Assembly (NCBI GenBank): GCA_037447605.1
Contig: CM074818.1
Location: 1,996,617-2,060,616, forward strand
Direction: 5' to 3'
Length of the DNA: 64,000 bases
From: Zygnema circumcarinatum SAG 698-1b
Lineage: Eukaryota; Plantae; Zygnematophyceae
Shown piece by piece: positions 21,015-37,906 of the stretch. The notes under the pieces were generated by a model, which was not told the DNA's origin, did no database searches, and saw only the letters and a program-made list of their open reading frames with translations. The position numbers and the translations under genes are program-made. Every line of letters begins with the position of its first letter. Position 1 is the stretch's first letter.

Positions 21015-24000
21015 AAAGAGAGAGAGAGAGAGAGAGAGAGAAGCGGTCTGACCTATCTCGACGGATGCCGGCATGGTGCTCTGCAGTAGCAGCGCGAATC
21101 GGAACATTGGGTCGTGCGGCGGAATGAGGCCGAAGCGCGCCGCCGCGCCTAGCACGGCCATGCCGGCCAATGGGACGCCCACGGCGCGCGCCGCCACGAT
21201 GCCGAAAGTCGTCCACGGGGGCAGGTTCGAGGACGTGGGGGCTGCCCGGAAAAAAGGGCAGGGCAGAGCGGGCAGGACAGGGCGGGCGGGCAGGCAAAAA
21301 AAATGTTAAAATACATAAAAACGAAAGGTGTGAAGGAAAGAAGGAAAAACGAAATTTAATGAGATTTTAGGGATTTTTTGGGGTTTTGGGCACCAACCAG
21401 AGGCCATGTTCCCGCCGATGACCATGAGAATGCATGGGACCAGAGCGTGCCTGCAATCAAAGAACCAAAAAAAAAAAAAAAAATGTGAATATTGAAAATT
21501 GTATCGAGAATGTAAGGAGAGAATGTTAAAATTATAGAAACAATAAGAAGCTGGAGAAATTTCTTCTTTTTGAACCAAAGGAACAAGAAAATTTGCAAGT
21601 ATGTACCCAAAAATTGCCGCTGTGTCGGTGGCGAATCTTAGCTGCCCGTCGGGGTTGAACATCACGTGGTCGAGCGCCGGCGTGATGCCTATCAGCATCG
21701 CCAGACACTGCCCGGGACCAAAAAAAAAAAAAGGGGGGGGGGGGCGGGGCCGCAGGGGAAAGTAACGTTTTAGAAATCGGGCACAGCTGAATCGTATCGC
21801 CAACATCGTATCGTACCGTATCGTATCGTATAAGATATACAGATAGGAGCCATATCGCGAACAACACTCGTATCGGACTTAGTAAATTTTAAAACAGAAT
21901 ATATCCCGATATGAACCGAATAATATCGTTCCGTTCTGAATGGACCAACCGGTCGATCCCAACCGCCTTTGAACTGTTCCGACCCATATCGACCCAATAT
22001 CGAAAGCATATCGACTCCATATCGACCACATACCGATATCGACCACATACCGATATCGACCACGTACCAACCACACTATCTACTCATATCGAGTCCATAT
22101 CAAACCTTATCGAGCCCATACCGTCTCCATACCCATCACTATCGAGCCCATATCGACCATGTATTATATCGACCCCATAATTTAACTTGCATCAACTGCA
22201 TATCGACTCTTCACTAATCACATATCGACCCATATCGACCCATATCGACCCATATCGACCACATACCAACCACATACCAACCACATATCTACTCAATATC
22301 GATACCATATCATCCCCATGTCAACCTTACATCGACCCAATATATCGACCATACACTCCTCACATATCGACCCATATCGCCTTCATATCGAGATATATCG
22401 GCCCACCTACCGCAGCGAAAAGCGGCGGGCGCAGCAGGACGGAGAGGACGGAGACTCCCACGGGCTGATGCGATTGGAGGAGACGAGTGGTAGTGGCGAG
22501 AGGGAGAGCGACGAGGGGAGGGAGAGAGAGGGAGGAGGGGAGGAGGGGCACTGTGAGAGAGCCCTCCTCAAGCTGGCGGAGGTCGTCGGCGATGCTCGGG
22601 ACTCTGTGGGGGGCCTTAAGGGAGGGCTCCTTCACGAGGACAGTGGGAGAGAAGGAGGAGGGAGGGGAGGAGGGGGGAGAGAGGACGTTGTAGACCACGC
22701 CCCACATGAGGATGGCGGCCATCTGGGGGAGGGAGGGAGGGAGGGAGGGAGGGAGGGAGGGAGGGAGGGAGGGAGGGAGGGAGAGAGACAGGGGAGGGAG
22801 AGAGGGGGGGAGAGAGGGGGGAGAGAGAGAGAGAGAGAAAAAGCGAGGGAGAGAGGGAGAAGGGGGAAGGGAGGGAATGAGAGAGGGAGAGGGGGAGAGG
22901 GAGAGAGAAGGGAAGGGAGAGAAAGAGAGGGAGGGGGAGAGAGGGGGAGAGAGAGGGGAAGGGAGAGAAAGAGAGCGAGAGAGGGAGAGGGGTTTAGAGG
23001 GAGAGGGGAAGGGAGAGGGAGAGAGAGAGAGAGGGAGAGAGAGAGAGGGGGAGAGAGGGAGACGCCAAGGAGCCACGTTTGTGCATTGTTAGATTGCATT
23101 CGATCCAACGACTCAGACCGACCACACTCTTAGAAACCACGAAACCAAAGTTTTGCCAAACGACCAAAATCAAAAGATAGTATTCATATCAAAATCAAAT
23201 TCAAAGTCAAAATCAAAAACAAAAACAAACTTAAAATTTAGAATTTAAAATTTAAAATTTAAATATTTGAACGTACCCACATTCCGAGTGACATGTAGGC
23301 CACTCCTGCCACGTCACAGGTTTGGGGCCCTCCAAAAGGGTTCCGCGGGTCCGTACAAATCGCGGTTATGAGCACAATGGGCATGCTGCCCTGGTTCCCT
23401 GAACGCCAAAAAAAAAAAAAAAAAAAAAAAAAAAAAGCAATGAAGGGCAATAGCAACAAAATGTTGGGCTTCTCATGGTCCATGTTTGGGCCCACAACAA
23501 CAACAACACAACAACATAGGCTTATGGTATGTAATGAAAAAAAAAACAATGGCAGTCTGAAAGAATGACAATGAAACTCCCTCTCTTTCCCCACCTCTCC
23601 TTCTCTCTCCTCTCCCTCTCGCTCCCTCTTCTCTCCCTCTCTCTATCCCACCCTCTCTCTCCCTCGCTTTCTGTCCCTCACTCTCCCCCTCTTTTTGCTT
23701 CTCTCTCCTCTTATGCCCCCCTCTTCCCCTCTCTCTCACCTCCTCTCTCTCTCACCTCCACTCTCTCTCTCCCTCTCTATTCCCCCCTCCCCCCTCTCTC
23801 TCTCCTTCTCTCTCCCTCTCCCTCTCTCTCTCTCTCTTATCTACTCTCATTTCTCTGCCTTTACCTATTCCAGTGAGTACTGCGATAAGTCGCCAATATT
23901 CGGAAGGAGCCCCTGTGACTTTAGCCACAAGGAGCCCCAAAACGCTTCCAATAATGCTGGTAATAATCACATTTACAGGAAGGAACCACCTGCAAATGCG

Positions 24001-25030
24001 CGAGGGTACAAATGGGGTATATGTTAAATAGGATTGGAAGAAGAAGATAAAACGTAGTTTAACCGATTTGAACGGAAAACGGAAACTGAGCGCATGGAAC
24101 GGCAGTTGGGAGGAGGCGGACCACAAAAAGAGTTTCCTCAAGTCGATGGCTTCGCCGAGATAGACGAAAATGAAGGCCGGGAGGAAGATGCAGTAGACGA
24201 GCTGCAGGGAGAGGGAGAGACAGAGAGGGTGTGTGTGTGAGTGTGTGTGAGAGAGAGAGCGAGAGAGAGAGAGAGAGAGAGAGCGAGAAAGGAAGTGGTC
24301 GAGCGGACGAGAGAGAGAATGAGGGAGGAGACATGGAGGCTGGGGGAAGGAGGGAGAAAGAGAGAGAGAGAGGGGGGAGAGAGGAGAGAAAAAGGAGGGG
24401 GAGAGAGGTGGGCTGGAGGAGGAATAGAAGGACAGGTGGGGTGGGCAAGAAAATAGAGGAAGGGAGAGCGGAGGAGATAGAGAGGGGAGAATGAAGAGGT
24501 TAGAGTAGCAAGAGATGGGAGAAGCGGAAGCGGAGAGGGAGAGAGGGAGAGAAAGGGAGAGGGGGAGAGGGGGAGGGACAGAGAGGGAGAGAGAAGGGAG
24601 AGGGAGAGGGAGATGGAGAGGGAGAGAGGGAAAGGGAGAGGGGAGGGAGGGAGGCAAAGCGGGAGACAGCCTCCTTCATAATAATAACCTCCTTCGTAAT
24701 AAGTAAAATAATGCAGAATTCACCTAATTTCAGCAACAGTTGTTCAATTAACTTAAACATGTCTTCAAAAAGAAAATCGTCTTAAAACAACTGTATTAAT
24801 TTTTTTTTTCTCACCTTGCTTAGCGCCTTCCTTGAGGAGGGCGAGAGGAGGTTGACTGAAGGGAGGGAGCAGACGAGGCCCACTAAACCAACTAAAAGGA
24901 CTTTGACTACAGGGACCAGGGAGGACTTTAACAGTAAACTGAACGGAACGTGCTCAGTACTGACACGGAAATCGAAGAATTCCGTAAATTCCGTCGCTCG
25001 GGCGGCAACTATCTCCGCCATTTGGCTCAT
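20550..25030 (-). CDS. PILS: PIN-LIKES (PILS) auxin carrier family protein, ~441 aa, 9 exons
   Basis: Exons 25030-24815, 24201-24122, 23989-23865, 23398-23277, 22722-22411, 21707-21607, 21450-21398, 21241-21053 and 20677-20550, all GT-AG and in phase. Motifs: LVYCIFLPAFIFVYLGEA, WFLPVNV, GNQGSMPIVLITAICTDPRNPFG, ALVPCILMVIGGN, DPMFRFALLLQSTMP, GFGEKEAS. Confidence 0.93.
21985..22400 (+). repeat. Degenerate 10-bp satellite (CATATCGACC)n in PILS intron 5
   Basis: Four perfect units at 22221-22260 and many imperfect units on both sides. Confidence 0.85.
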
Positions 25031-26892
25031 TTTTAATTTAAAAAAAAAAAAATAGAAGGAAAATAGAATGCTCCTGCTCAGGGTCGTATATGGGAGGGAT
25101 ATACTGCTAAGGGTTTAAAGGGTTTGATTAATAAAATATGAAGTGAAGGTGAAGTCAGATGATGAAGACCAGCGGCTCCGCTTCACAGCAGCAGACCCAA
25201 CTTGAGCTTAAAAGCAGCGAAAGTACTGAGAAAATTTTGAAAAAATAAAATATTGGTTTTGAAGAAGAGGTAATCTGGATTCTAATGCGCCCGAAATTAT
25301 AATATTTGGTGCAGAAATTCTGCCTTAATAGTGGCGAGAAAAAGTGGCCTTCTGTAAGCAGGGAGAGAGATATAGCGGTGGAGAGGTCCCTTTTAAGGCC
25401 AAAGAGCGCCCCCCTCCCCTCACCTGCAATTCGGGGGGCTGATTCAAACGCATGTACGGATCACACGAGGTATCCGTACGGTAAGGTAAAACGTATTAAC
25501 TGGAAATGGCCCGAATGGAAATCGGCAGTTTTATTTCTTTTTCGGGCAGTGACTAAAAGCGGTTTGGGATGATTGTGAAACTTTTCCAGGCAGGCTATGT
25601 ATACATTGGAGGAGAGTTTCTTGCTTTCGGGCAGGAATAAAAGTTCTTTTCGGTTTGAAAGTTTTGTCGGGCAGACGAATGGAGCCGTTTCATTGGTTAC
25701 GAAAAACATTTACAATTGGGGAAAGGATTTTTGGGCAGGTAAAATATTTTCGTCTGAAGTACCGTTTAGGGAAGTCAAAAATATTGCACCAGAGAGAAAC
25801 ATATTTCTTTCCAAAAAAATGAACAAAAGCTTATTTTTTGGAACCATAAGAAAATTTTGGAAAAATGTTTAGGATAACGACATCGTACTTTTGGCGGCTA
25901 GCGGACCTCCTTTTATCCGTACAGAGTTCAGGCTGATTCGTACAATGACGTGTCGTTTCTGACGCGCCTATCCAATTCTCGGCGTGGACATTCCGGTACC
26001 AGATAACGACCTGACGTGGAAATGTACTTTTCCACGTAGGTTCAAATTTCAGCAGAATAAAAATCTCAAATTTGTGATTACGTGGCGCAACCTCATTGGT
26101 ATAATGAATTTGTCCCATATTTTTCGTGACTGATCCCGACAACCGAATCTTGGAGAATGTCGGTTTTCTCATGTTTAGTAGAAAATAGGTGTTTCAGAAA
26201 GGACCAATAGACGTTTACCACGTGTATTTCTGGCGAATAATATAATGCCACGTGTAATCCAACCACTAGAAGAACTCCACGTCAACTTCTAGGTCAAGCA
26301 ATATCCGTCAGCATTCGTGTGTCTGACGTGGCATAGTCGCTCCGGTCCACGGGTTTCGATCCGTCCGAGGTCCACGAATCGCGGGTAGGTCACGCCTGCC
26401 GGAAATGTCGTTTCGCACGTGTGGAGGAAAATAACCGTCCCCGATTGGCTCTCGTACGCCGCTGGACACGTGGACTAATCACGTTAATTCGTTGCACTTG
26501 CGAACCAACCAAGCAACCGAGGGGTCGTTTTTCCCCGAAAGGTCGCTCCTCGAGGGGCGTCGGGGCTGATGACGTGGCACGCTGCCGTGGCAGGCGCGCG
26601 CCTTTTGGCATACGTGGAGGGGCGAGCGCCCATCCTCCGCGATCGTGCCACGTCAGTGTGCCACGTAGTTGTGGTTTGATACAGTTTCTGCCGTTAATAG
26701 AGATCCTACGGTCCGTACAGTTCACGCCACCCGTACAATTCATATTGACCGTACAGTTCAAAGAATCAAAATCTTCAAAATCCTTCATTTCTTAATTTTT
26801 CAAAGTTCAAACTTTGCGGTAGTAAGTGCGGCATGTTTTCGGGGATAAAGATTTGAATTGTTGAAATTTAGTCACGTCACGGGGCACGGGTA

Positions 26893-26958
26893 GGGGCATA
26901 TGACCCGGCATGCCCCCCTCGTCACAGAGGGAGGGGGCATGCCGGGGTCATATGCCCC
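26893..26958. mobile_element. 66-bp hairpin flanked by 9-bp direct repeats (possible miniature foldback element)
   Basis: Arm ggggcatatgacccggcatgcccccctc pairs with gagggggcatgccggggtcatatgcccc around a 10-nt loop. GGGGCACGG occurs at 26881-26889 and 26959-26967. Confidence 0.45.
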
Positions 26959-27029
26959 GGGGCACGGTCGGACCTTGCGGGGGGCCGTGCTAGGGGCCAA
27001 CCCAAGTTGTTGGGTGAAGGGTTTCTCAG

Positions 27030-27480
27030 GTTGGACCATTGGCTTGGCAACCATTGGACAACCACTGGATGGCAATGATTGGACGTCCAATGGTTGGAAA
27101 CCATTGCCATCCAATGGTAGCGACCATTGACCATGCTTGTTTTAGTCCAACGGCAATGGTTGCTCGGGTTGCGAACCAATGGTTGGAACCATTATTGTCG
27201 GCAAGCATTTAATCCAATGGTTCTGATCATTGGAAGTGGTTGGCTGGGTTGCCAATCAAGGGTTCGGAACCAACCATTGGAATGGTTCATCTACGGTGAT
27301 GGTCCGACCGAATTTGTAGGTTGACGGTACTGACAGGGTCATGACCAAGGACATGGTCGCATGACCTCCTACGACCCATGTCATGGCCTATGGAATTGTG
27401 GATGGTCCGTTCGTCGCCATGACCCTAATGACCATGTCATGACCCTCTCACCATCTCCGATGACCCCGTCATGACCTTCA
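27030..27480. repeat. Self-complementary micro-arrays: CCAATGGTTGG/CCAACCATTGG variants, then CATGACC/GGTCATG variants
   Basis: More than ten copies of the first motif in both orientations at 27030-27290, and repeated catgacc at 27340-27480. Confidence 0.7.
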
Positions 27481-27871
27481 CCATCCAATTGTTGGGTTTT
27501 GTTCTTAGCTTTTTTGCATCGATCATATTTTGACACCCAATATTTTTAGTGAACACACGTGTAACTCACCCATTGACCAAAACTTTAACGAAAAATCTAA
27601 CAAAACACTTCCACATAGAAACCCTAATTCATGATTACCAGTTTGCTCAGTTTTAGGGTTTGCACGAAATTGGCCGCATCAAATCCATCAAACTTTCAGA
27701 CCTTTCGAAAAGTTCAATTTTTAAAACAGAAATTAAAAGGACCCCCACACAGATTTCAACTAAAAATTCCAACATCGAAGCGCATATTTTTCCCGTGGCC
27801 AGCCACAAGTTTAGCTTTCATGGATCCTCCGTTTCAAGAATATAACTGAGACTGTAACGAACATGGAAACC

Positions 27872-32525
<4,654 letters not shown>

Positions 32526-32544
32526 TCTGCCAAGCACCCCAACC

Positions 32545-33055
32545 TCCAACCTACAACCCTAATCCTGAACCCTAAACCTCCTGTTGAACCCTGATCCTCA
32601 ACCCTACTCTTCAACCCTAACCCTGAAACCTAACCCTAATATTGAACCCTGACCCTCAACCCTAATATTGAACCCTAATCTTGAACCCTGATCCTCAACC
32701 CTAATACTGAACCCTAATTCTCATTAATATTGAACCCTAATCTTGAACCCTGATCCTCAACCCTAATACTGAACCCTAATTCTCAACCCTAACCCTAATA
32801 TTAAACCCTGATCCGGAACCCTAATCCTGTCCCTAACCCTACGCTTGAACCCTATTCCTAAACAACCTAATCCCTTAACTGGGAAGTTCCCAGAATTCTG
32901 AAGGCTGGACCTAGCAGACCCTGAGCCTAGAACCCCAACCCCTGGACCGAGAAACCTGAACCCTAAAAAACCCTAAGGACTGAGACCCCTAAACCTAACC
33001 CTAATCCTCGAGGGCTTTCTCCGAGAGAGTTCGAACGGAAACCCTAAAAAGAGTG
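32545..33055. repeat. Degenerate AACCCTAA/AACCCTGA array directly upstream of the SNX2 start
   Basis: Many ccctaa/ccctga units, including an internal higher-order duplication (attgaaccctaatcttgaaccctgatcctcaaccctaatactgaaccctaattctc occurs twice). Confidence 0.85.
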
Positions 33056-33089
33056 TGGGGGGAGTGCGAGAGAGAGGGAGAGAGAGAGG

Positions 33090-33161
<72 letters not shown>

Positions 33162-34049
33162 CTCCGAGAGTGCAGGACTCGCCGCCACGTGGCGTCTGAC
33201 AGGGCTGCCACGTGGCAGAAGCGGACAGCCTTTATTTCCCAGAAAAAAACGTCTCTTTAGTTCGCCGAAGAAAATTGGCTTCCATTGACTTGCAACGGAA
33301 AGTGTACGGAAAACCGCCTGTACCCATTCTGTACCAATGTGTGACTGCTTCTGTACGAATGGGAATCGTCTGCCCTCTAAAGGAACCGATACTGTACCTT
33401 CAAGTACGTCACCGTACAGTATCCATTGGAACAGTTCTTAACCAATTCTTAACCAGTTCTGACCAATGACTTAACCAAATGGCCGTTGGGGTAAGTCAAC
33501 GTTTTTGAGAAAGAGTCAAATCCAATCGTTTCACCACGTGGGCCAATAGGACGTGCCACGACGGAAATCATTACACGTGGTATGCTGTGATTGGTTCAAT
33601 AATCAAGTCTAAAAATGCGCCACGTCGGATCAGCGCTTTGCAAGGTAAATTGCAGGTTCTATGTGGAAAAAAGTTGATCCAATCAGAGTTTGCCACGTCA
33701 AAGTTGGGACCCGATTTCCCCGTTGTCCGTACGCCAAACTTCGTCCGTACACACTGTCAAACCTGTAGCTCGCGGCCACGTGGCATCGCCAGGATCTTTG
33801 ACGTCACGTGGTGGCACGCGATTGGGACAACCCGGGAGTATTGGTATCTGCACAAGCACGGCGTTTTCGTCACGCTGGACCACGCCGGACCACACCGGCC
33901 CATGTCGGTGCCACGTCGGACCACGTCGGTGCCACGTCGGCGAAACGCTTTTAACCTGGAAAACGCCCTCGAAGCCAAAAACGCCTATGGACCCCACCCA
34001 AAATGACATCTCGTGGTTTCAGTTTCTGAGAAGTATCAATCGAAATTAG

Positions 34050-34455
34050 TGTTTAGGGTTTAGGGTTAAGGTTTTTGTGTTTCAGCAGTCGAGGGGGTAG
34101 GGTTCAGGTTCTGGGTTGGGTGTGGGCTCAGGGATTAATAAAATAAAGACACGCTTTAGGGTTAGGTTTGAACTTGAAGGTGATTCAGGTTCAGGTTAAG
34201 TTAGGGTTTAGGCTAGGGTTAACGGGAAGGGATAGGTGTGGACTCAGGTCCAGGGCTAAGATTAGATTGAAAAAGTTAGGGTTTAGGGGTTAAGATAGGG
34301 CGAAGATTGTGGTCGAGTGGTTTGGGTTTGAATCAGGGTTTAGAGTTTTTGGTTAGGGTTAGGGTTAGCGTTGAGGGTTCCAGGTTAGGGTTAGGGTTCA
34401 GGGTTCGGGTTAGGGTTAGGGTTCAGGGTTAGGGTTAGGGTTAGGGTTCGGGTTA
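34050..34455 (+). repeat. Telomere-like (TTAGGG/TTCAGGG/TTTAGGG) array ending just before the THA8-like ATG
   Basis: The array becomes progressively purer toward 34455; the ATG is at 34460. Confidence 0.9.
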
Positions 34456-34459
34456 AGCC

Positions 34460-35025
34460 ATGGCTGCCTCCGGGCTTCAAAGACTCGTCAAACTCAGCTG
34501 CGCTTCTCTTATTGTCAAGCTCCAGCCATGGCGGCCGCAGCTTCTAGGAAGGAGGCAACGACGAATCTTCCGAGCAGTTCCCGCCCTACCTTCCAGCCAT
34601 GGCTATTCCAGCATCAGCAGCAGCTTAGGAAGAAGGAGGAGACCTGAAAAGCCTCAAGTGCGGCAGCCATGTCCATGGCTTCCTACCCCCGCTCCTCTCT
34701 GGTTGGGAGGCAGAGGTCGAGGGAGGTGTTGGGAGGGGGAGGGAGAGGGATGGAGAAGCACTCTCCTCTCCCTCTCCCTGAGGGAGGTCTCCTTTTTGAG
34801 ATCCATGGCTGCTTCTGCTCAAAGAGAGGGGCTTTGGCGGACGCGCAATATGGGGAGGGAGGCGGTGGAGGTGGCGCAGGAGCTGGTGTGGGCGAAGGGA
34901 GAGGAGAAAAAGATACGGAGAGTAATGGATGAGAAGGGGAGGAGGCTGGTGAAGGTGGACATGCTGATGGTGCTGGAGGTGCTCTTCAAGCAGGACTGCT
35001 GGTGGGCTGCGCTCAAGGTGGGACT

Positions 35026-35101
<76 letters not shown>

Positions 35102-35795
35102 TCACTCACTTTCTCCTTCTCTCTCGCCCACTCTCACTTTCTCTCACTCTCTCTGTGTCTCCCCTCCCCTCCCCTCCCCCCACTGTCTCCCCCAGGTGCA
35201 TGTGCCTTGTCATGCCATGGTCTGATGTATCACGCCATACATCATGTATCCCTCATCATGCCCCTCTTCATCCCCTCCTCAACTCGCATGCCTCACATAC
35301 TATATACCTCCCATCGCCATGTCTGATGCCATGCCCCCCCATGCATGCATCCCCATGCGTCTGCAGATGTTTGAACTCGTAAAGCAGGAGCCCTGGTACA
35401 AGCCCGACTTCTCCCTCTACAACCGCCTCATTGACTGCCTTGCAAAGGGCCAACAGCCCGAGCTCGCCCTCCAGATGATGCAGGAGATGGAGCAGAGCGG
35501 ATGCCCCCCCCATGAGTCCATGTATGCCGCCATCATCGCCTCCTACTGCCGGGCAGAGAGGCACAAGGAGGGGCTCAAGTTTCTGAGAGAGGTGGTGCAG
35601 AAGGAAAAGGGGATGAGGCCCTTTGATTCGAGTTATCGGGTGCTGATAGAGGCGTGTGAGAGAGGGGGGGCGGGAGAGGAGGCGGAGGGGTTGAAGAGGG
35701 AGAGGGAGGAGCTGAAGCTCTCAGGGGTGGGAGAGAATGTGCCTGTGCAACAGCAGCAGCAGCATGTGAGGATCACGAGGAAGTTTTCAAAGTGA
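34460..35795 (+). CDS. THA8-like short pentatricopeptide-repeat protein with probable organellar targeting leader, ~328 aa, 2 exons
   Basis: Exons 34460-35017 and 35367-35795. The sequence LW..R.MGREA...RRLVKVDMLMVLEVL...ALK|MFELVKQEPWYKPDFSLYNRLIDCLAK matches the THA8/THA8L signature and is followed by PPR motifs. The N-terminus is Ser/Arg-rich. Confidence 0.85.
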
Positions 35796-36437
35796 GAAGC
35801 AGCAAATTTTTTTTTAGGGTTAGGGTTCGGGTTAGGGTTCAGGGTTAGGGTTAGGATTAGGGTTCAGGGTTAGGGTTTAGGGTTAGGGTTTAAGGATGTC
35901 AGTGAATAATGGTGGCAGGGTCGCGCTTTTTTTTTTCTTCTTGGAATGGCTCTTTAAAGTCTTGTACTTTATTATATCTTATTTTATGCGAAACAAGAGA
36001 AAAGGAGAAGACTACCATTTCCTTTTTTTTTTTTTTTTAGAATCTTGAATGTACAAAACAAGGCAAAGCAAATCTCTCTCTTAAACCGTATTAAATAAAG
36101 CGATCTATCTTAAACCCTAGGGATTAAAAACATGTACTGACTGGCCGTTCCATGCAGCACCAGTTCCGAAATCCGTTGATAAATCATTTTCTTGTTTTAT
36201 TGGAAATCGAAGAAAGTACTGCGCACTTCTCCATTTGTTCAGTCGCTGTATTATGTAGCTCACACGCTCAGTATCGATTCTATTCAACGACTGGACAGAC
36301 GAAAGTCAGAATCGGTCGTCCAATTAAAAGCCCGCCAGAAAATTAACTTTATCAAATGTTCCGTACGATGTAAACCTGGTTGAACGTGGCAAACTTGGTT
36401 TCTGGTTGTTAGTTTCCGACCGAGTTCGGTCCTGTCC

Positions 36438-36917
36438 GGTCCTCTGGTCGTAGTACCGGAGTGGCGACGAAGCCAACCGTTGGCAGTCAACCGTTGCAGC
36501 TAACCGTTGGATTGGCACTGGAGTGGACCTGGGAGAGCGTCCTGGACTCCTGGTCCTGGTCGCGGTAGCGACTGGTTACCGGAGTGGAGCCCAAGCCAAC
36601 CGTTGGTGACCAACGGTTGCAACCAACCGTTGGGTTGGCACTGGAGAGAACCTGGGACAGCGACCGATACTACTTCCCACACAGCGCTGGAGCTCTGTCG
36701 ACCAATCAGAAGCCACCGATTAGTCTTTGGGGTCCCCCTATTCGCCAATCAGATTCGTGCAATGTGTCCCTGACGTCCGTACAGTGATTGATACCACTTT
36801 CCCACACAGCGCTGGGGCTCTCTCGACCGATCAGAAGCCACGGACCGGTCAGTGGTGGGCCCTCCTATTGCCCAATCAGATTCTTGCAATGTGTCCCTTA
36901 CGTTCGTACGGTCATTA
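36438..36917 (+). repeat. Two successive diverged tandem duplications (~112 bp x2 and ~125 bp x2)
   Basis: 36438-36541 resembles 36550-36665, each with three AACCGTTG/AACGGTTG motifs. 36666-36789 resembles 36790-36917 (cccacacagcgctgg...ccaatcagattc..gcaatgtgtccc). Confidence 0.8.
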
Positions 36918-37906
36918 ACTGTGTGCGAATCACGCCACGCCGTCGCACGCGTTCGTACGCCTTCGTATCATTTCGTACGGTGCGGGTCGTAAAGGTCACA
37001 ATTGTACGGACGATAAAGTTGCAGATCCCAACGGTCATATCGTCCATAGTGAGTTTTTGGTTTTTTTCTCGGAAACCAGGTTTGCAGGTTTTCCTTTAGT
37101 CAGATTTTGCCTAAAGAAGTAAGAAATTTGACTGAAGGCCTTTGACAGGATGTCAGGTTAAAAACCGATCTCGGGTTTTCTTTTCTTTTGCACAGCTCAC
37201 ATTTGCAGGTTTTAGGGTTTTAGGGTTTCGGGTTTAAGGGCAGATGAGAGGTTTCTAAACTTCTAGGGTTTTAGAATGCAGAGAGAAGGAGAGGGTTTGT
37301 ATGGTTAAGGGTTGAGGAGAGGCGGAGGGCCTCTGTGCGGATGAAGAAGTGGCTGAGGAGAAGTGCGGAGAGCTTCTGCGAGGTTTGATCTCTCTCTCTC
37401 TCTCGCTCACTCTCTCTCTCTCTCTCTCTCTCTCGCTCTCTCTCCCCTCTCCTCTCTCTCTATCTTTCCCTCTCGCATTAATCTCACTAACCCACCCTAA
37501 TCTTGCATTATCTGTTTTTCCTTCCCCTCACTCTCTCTCCCCCCCTCTCTCTCTCTCTCTCTTCCCCTGTCCCTCCTTTCTCTCGCATTATCTGTCATTC
37601 TCTCCCCTCACCTTCCTTCTGACAACATCAATCTCTACCTGCTCACTTTTTCTCCCATATTATTACCACCCCTTTCGCCCTACTCTCGCCTCTCTTCCTC
37701 TTCTCTTGTCTCCCTCCCTCTCCCTCTCCCACTCCCTCTCACCCCTCCCCCTCCTTTCTCCACCGCATCCTCACTCACCGTCTTTCTCACTCCCTCCTGC
37801 CTCCTCCCTTTCTCTCCCTCTCTCTCTCTCTCTCTCTCCTCGCTCCCCTTTCACTTCCCCATCTCCCACTCACACTCTCCCCCTCTCTCCTCCCACAGAC
37901 TATCCG

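Noticed and set aside
25100-27800. Autonomous transposon or hidden gene in the PILS-SNX2 spacer
   Set aside because: Only short ORFs without transposase, RT or other domain motifs are present, and no convincing long terminal repeats were found.
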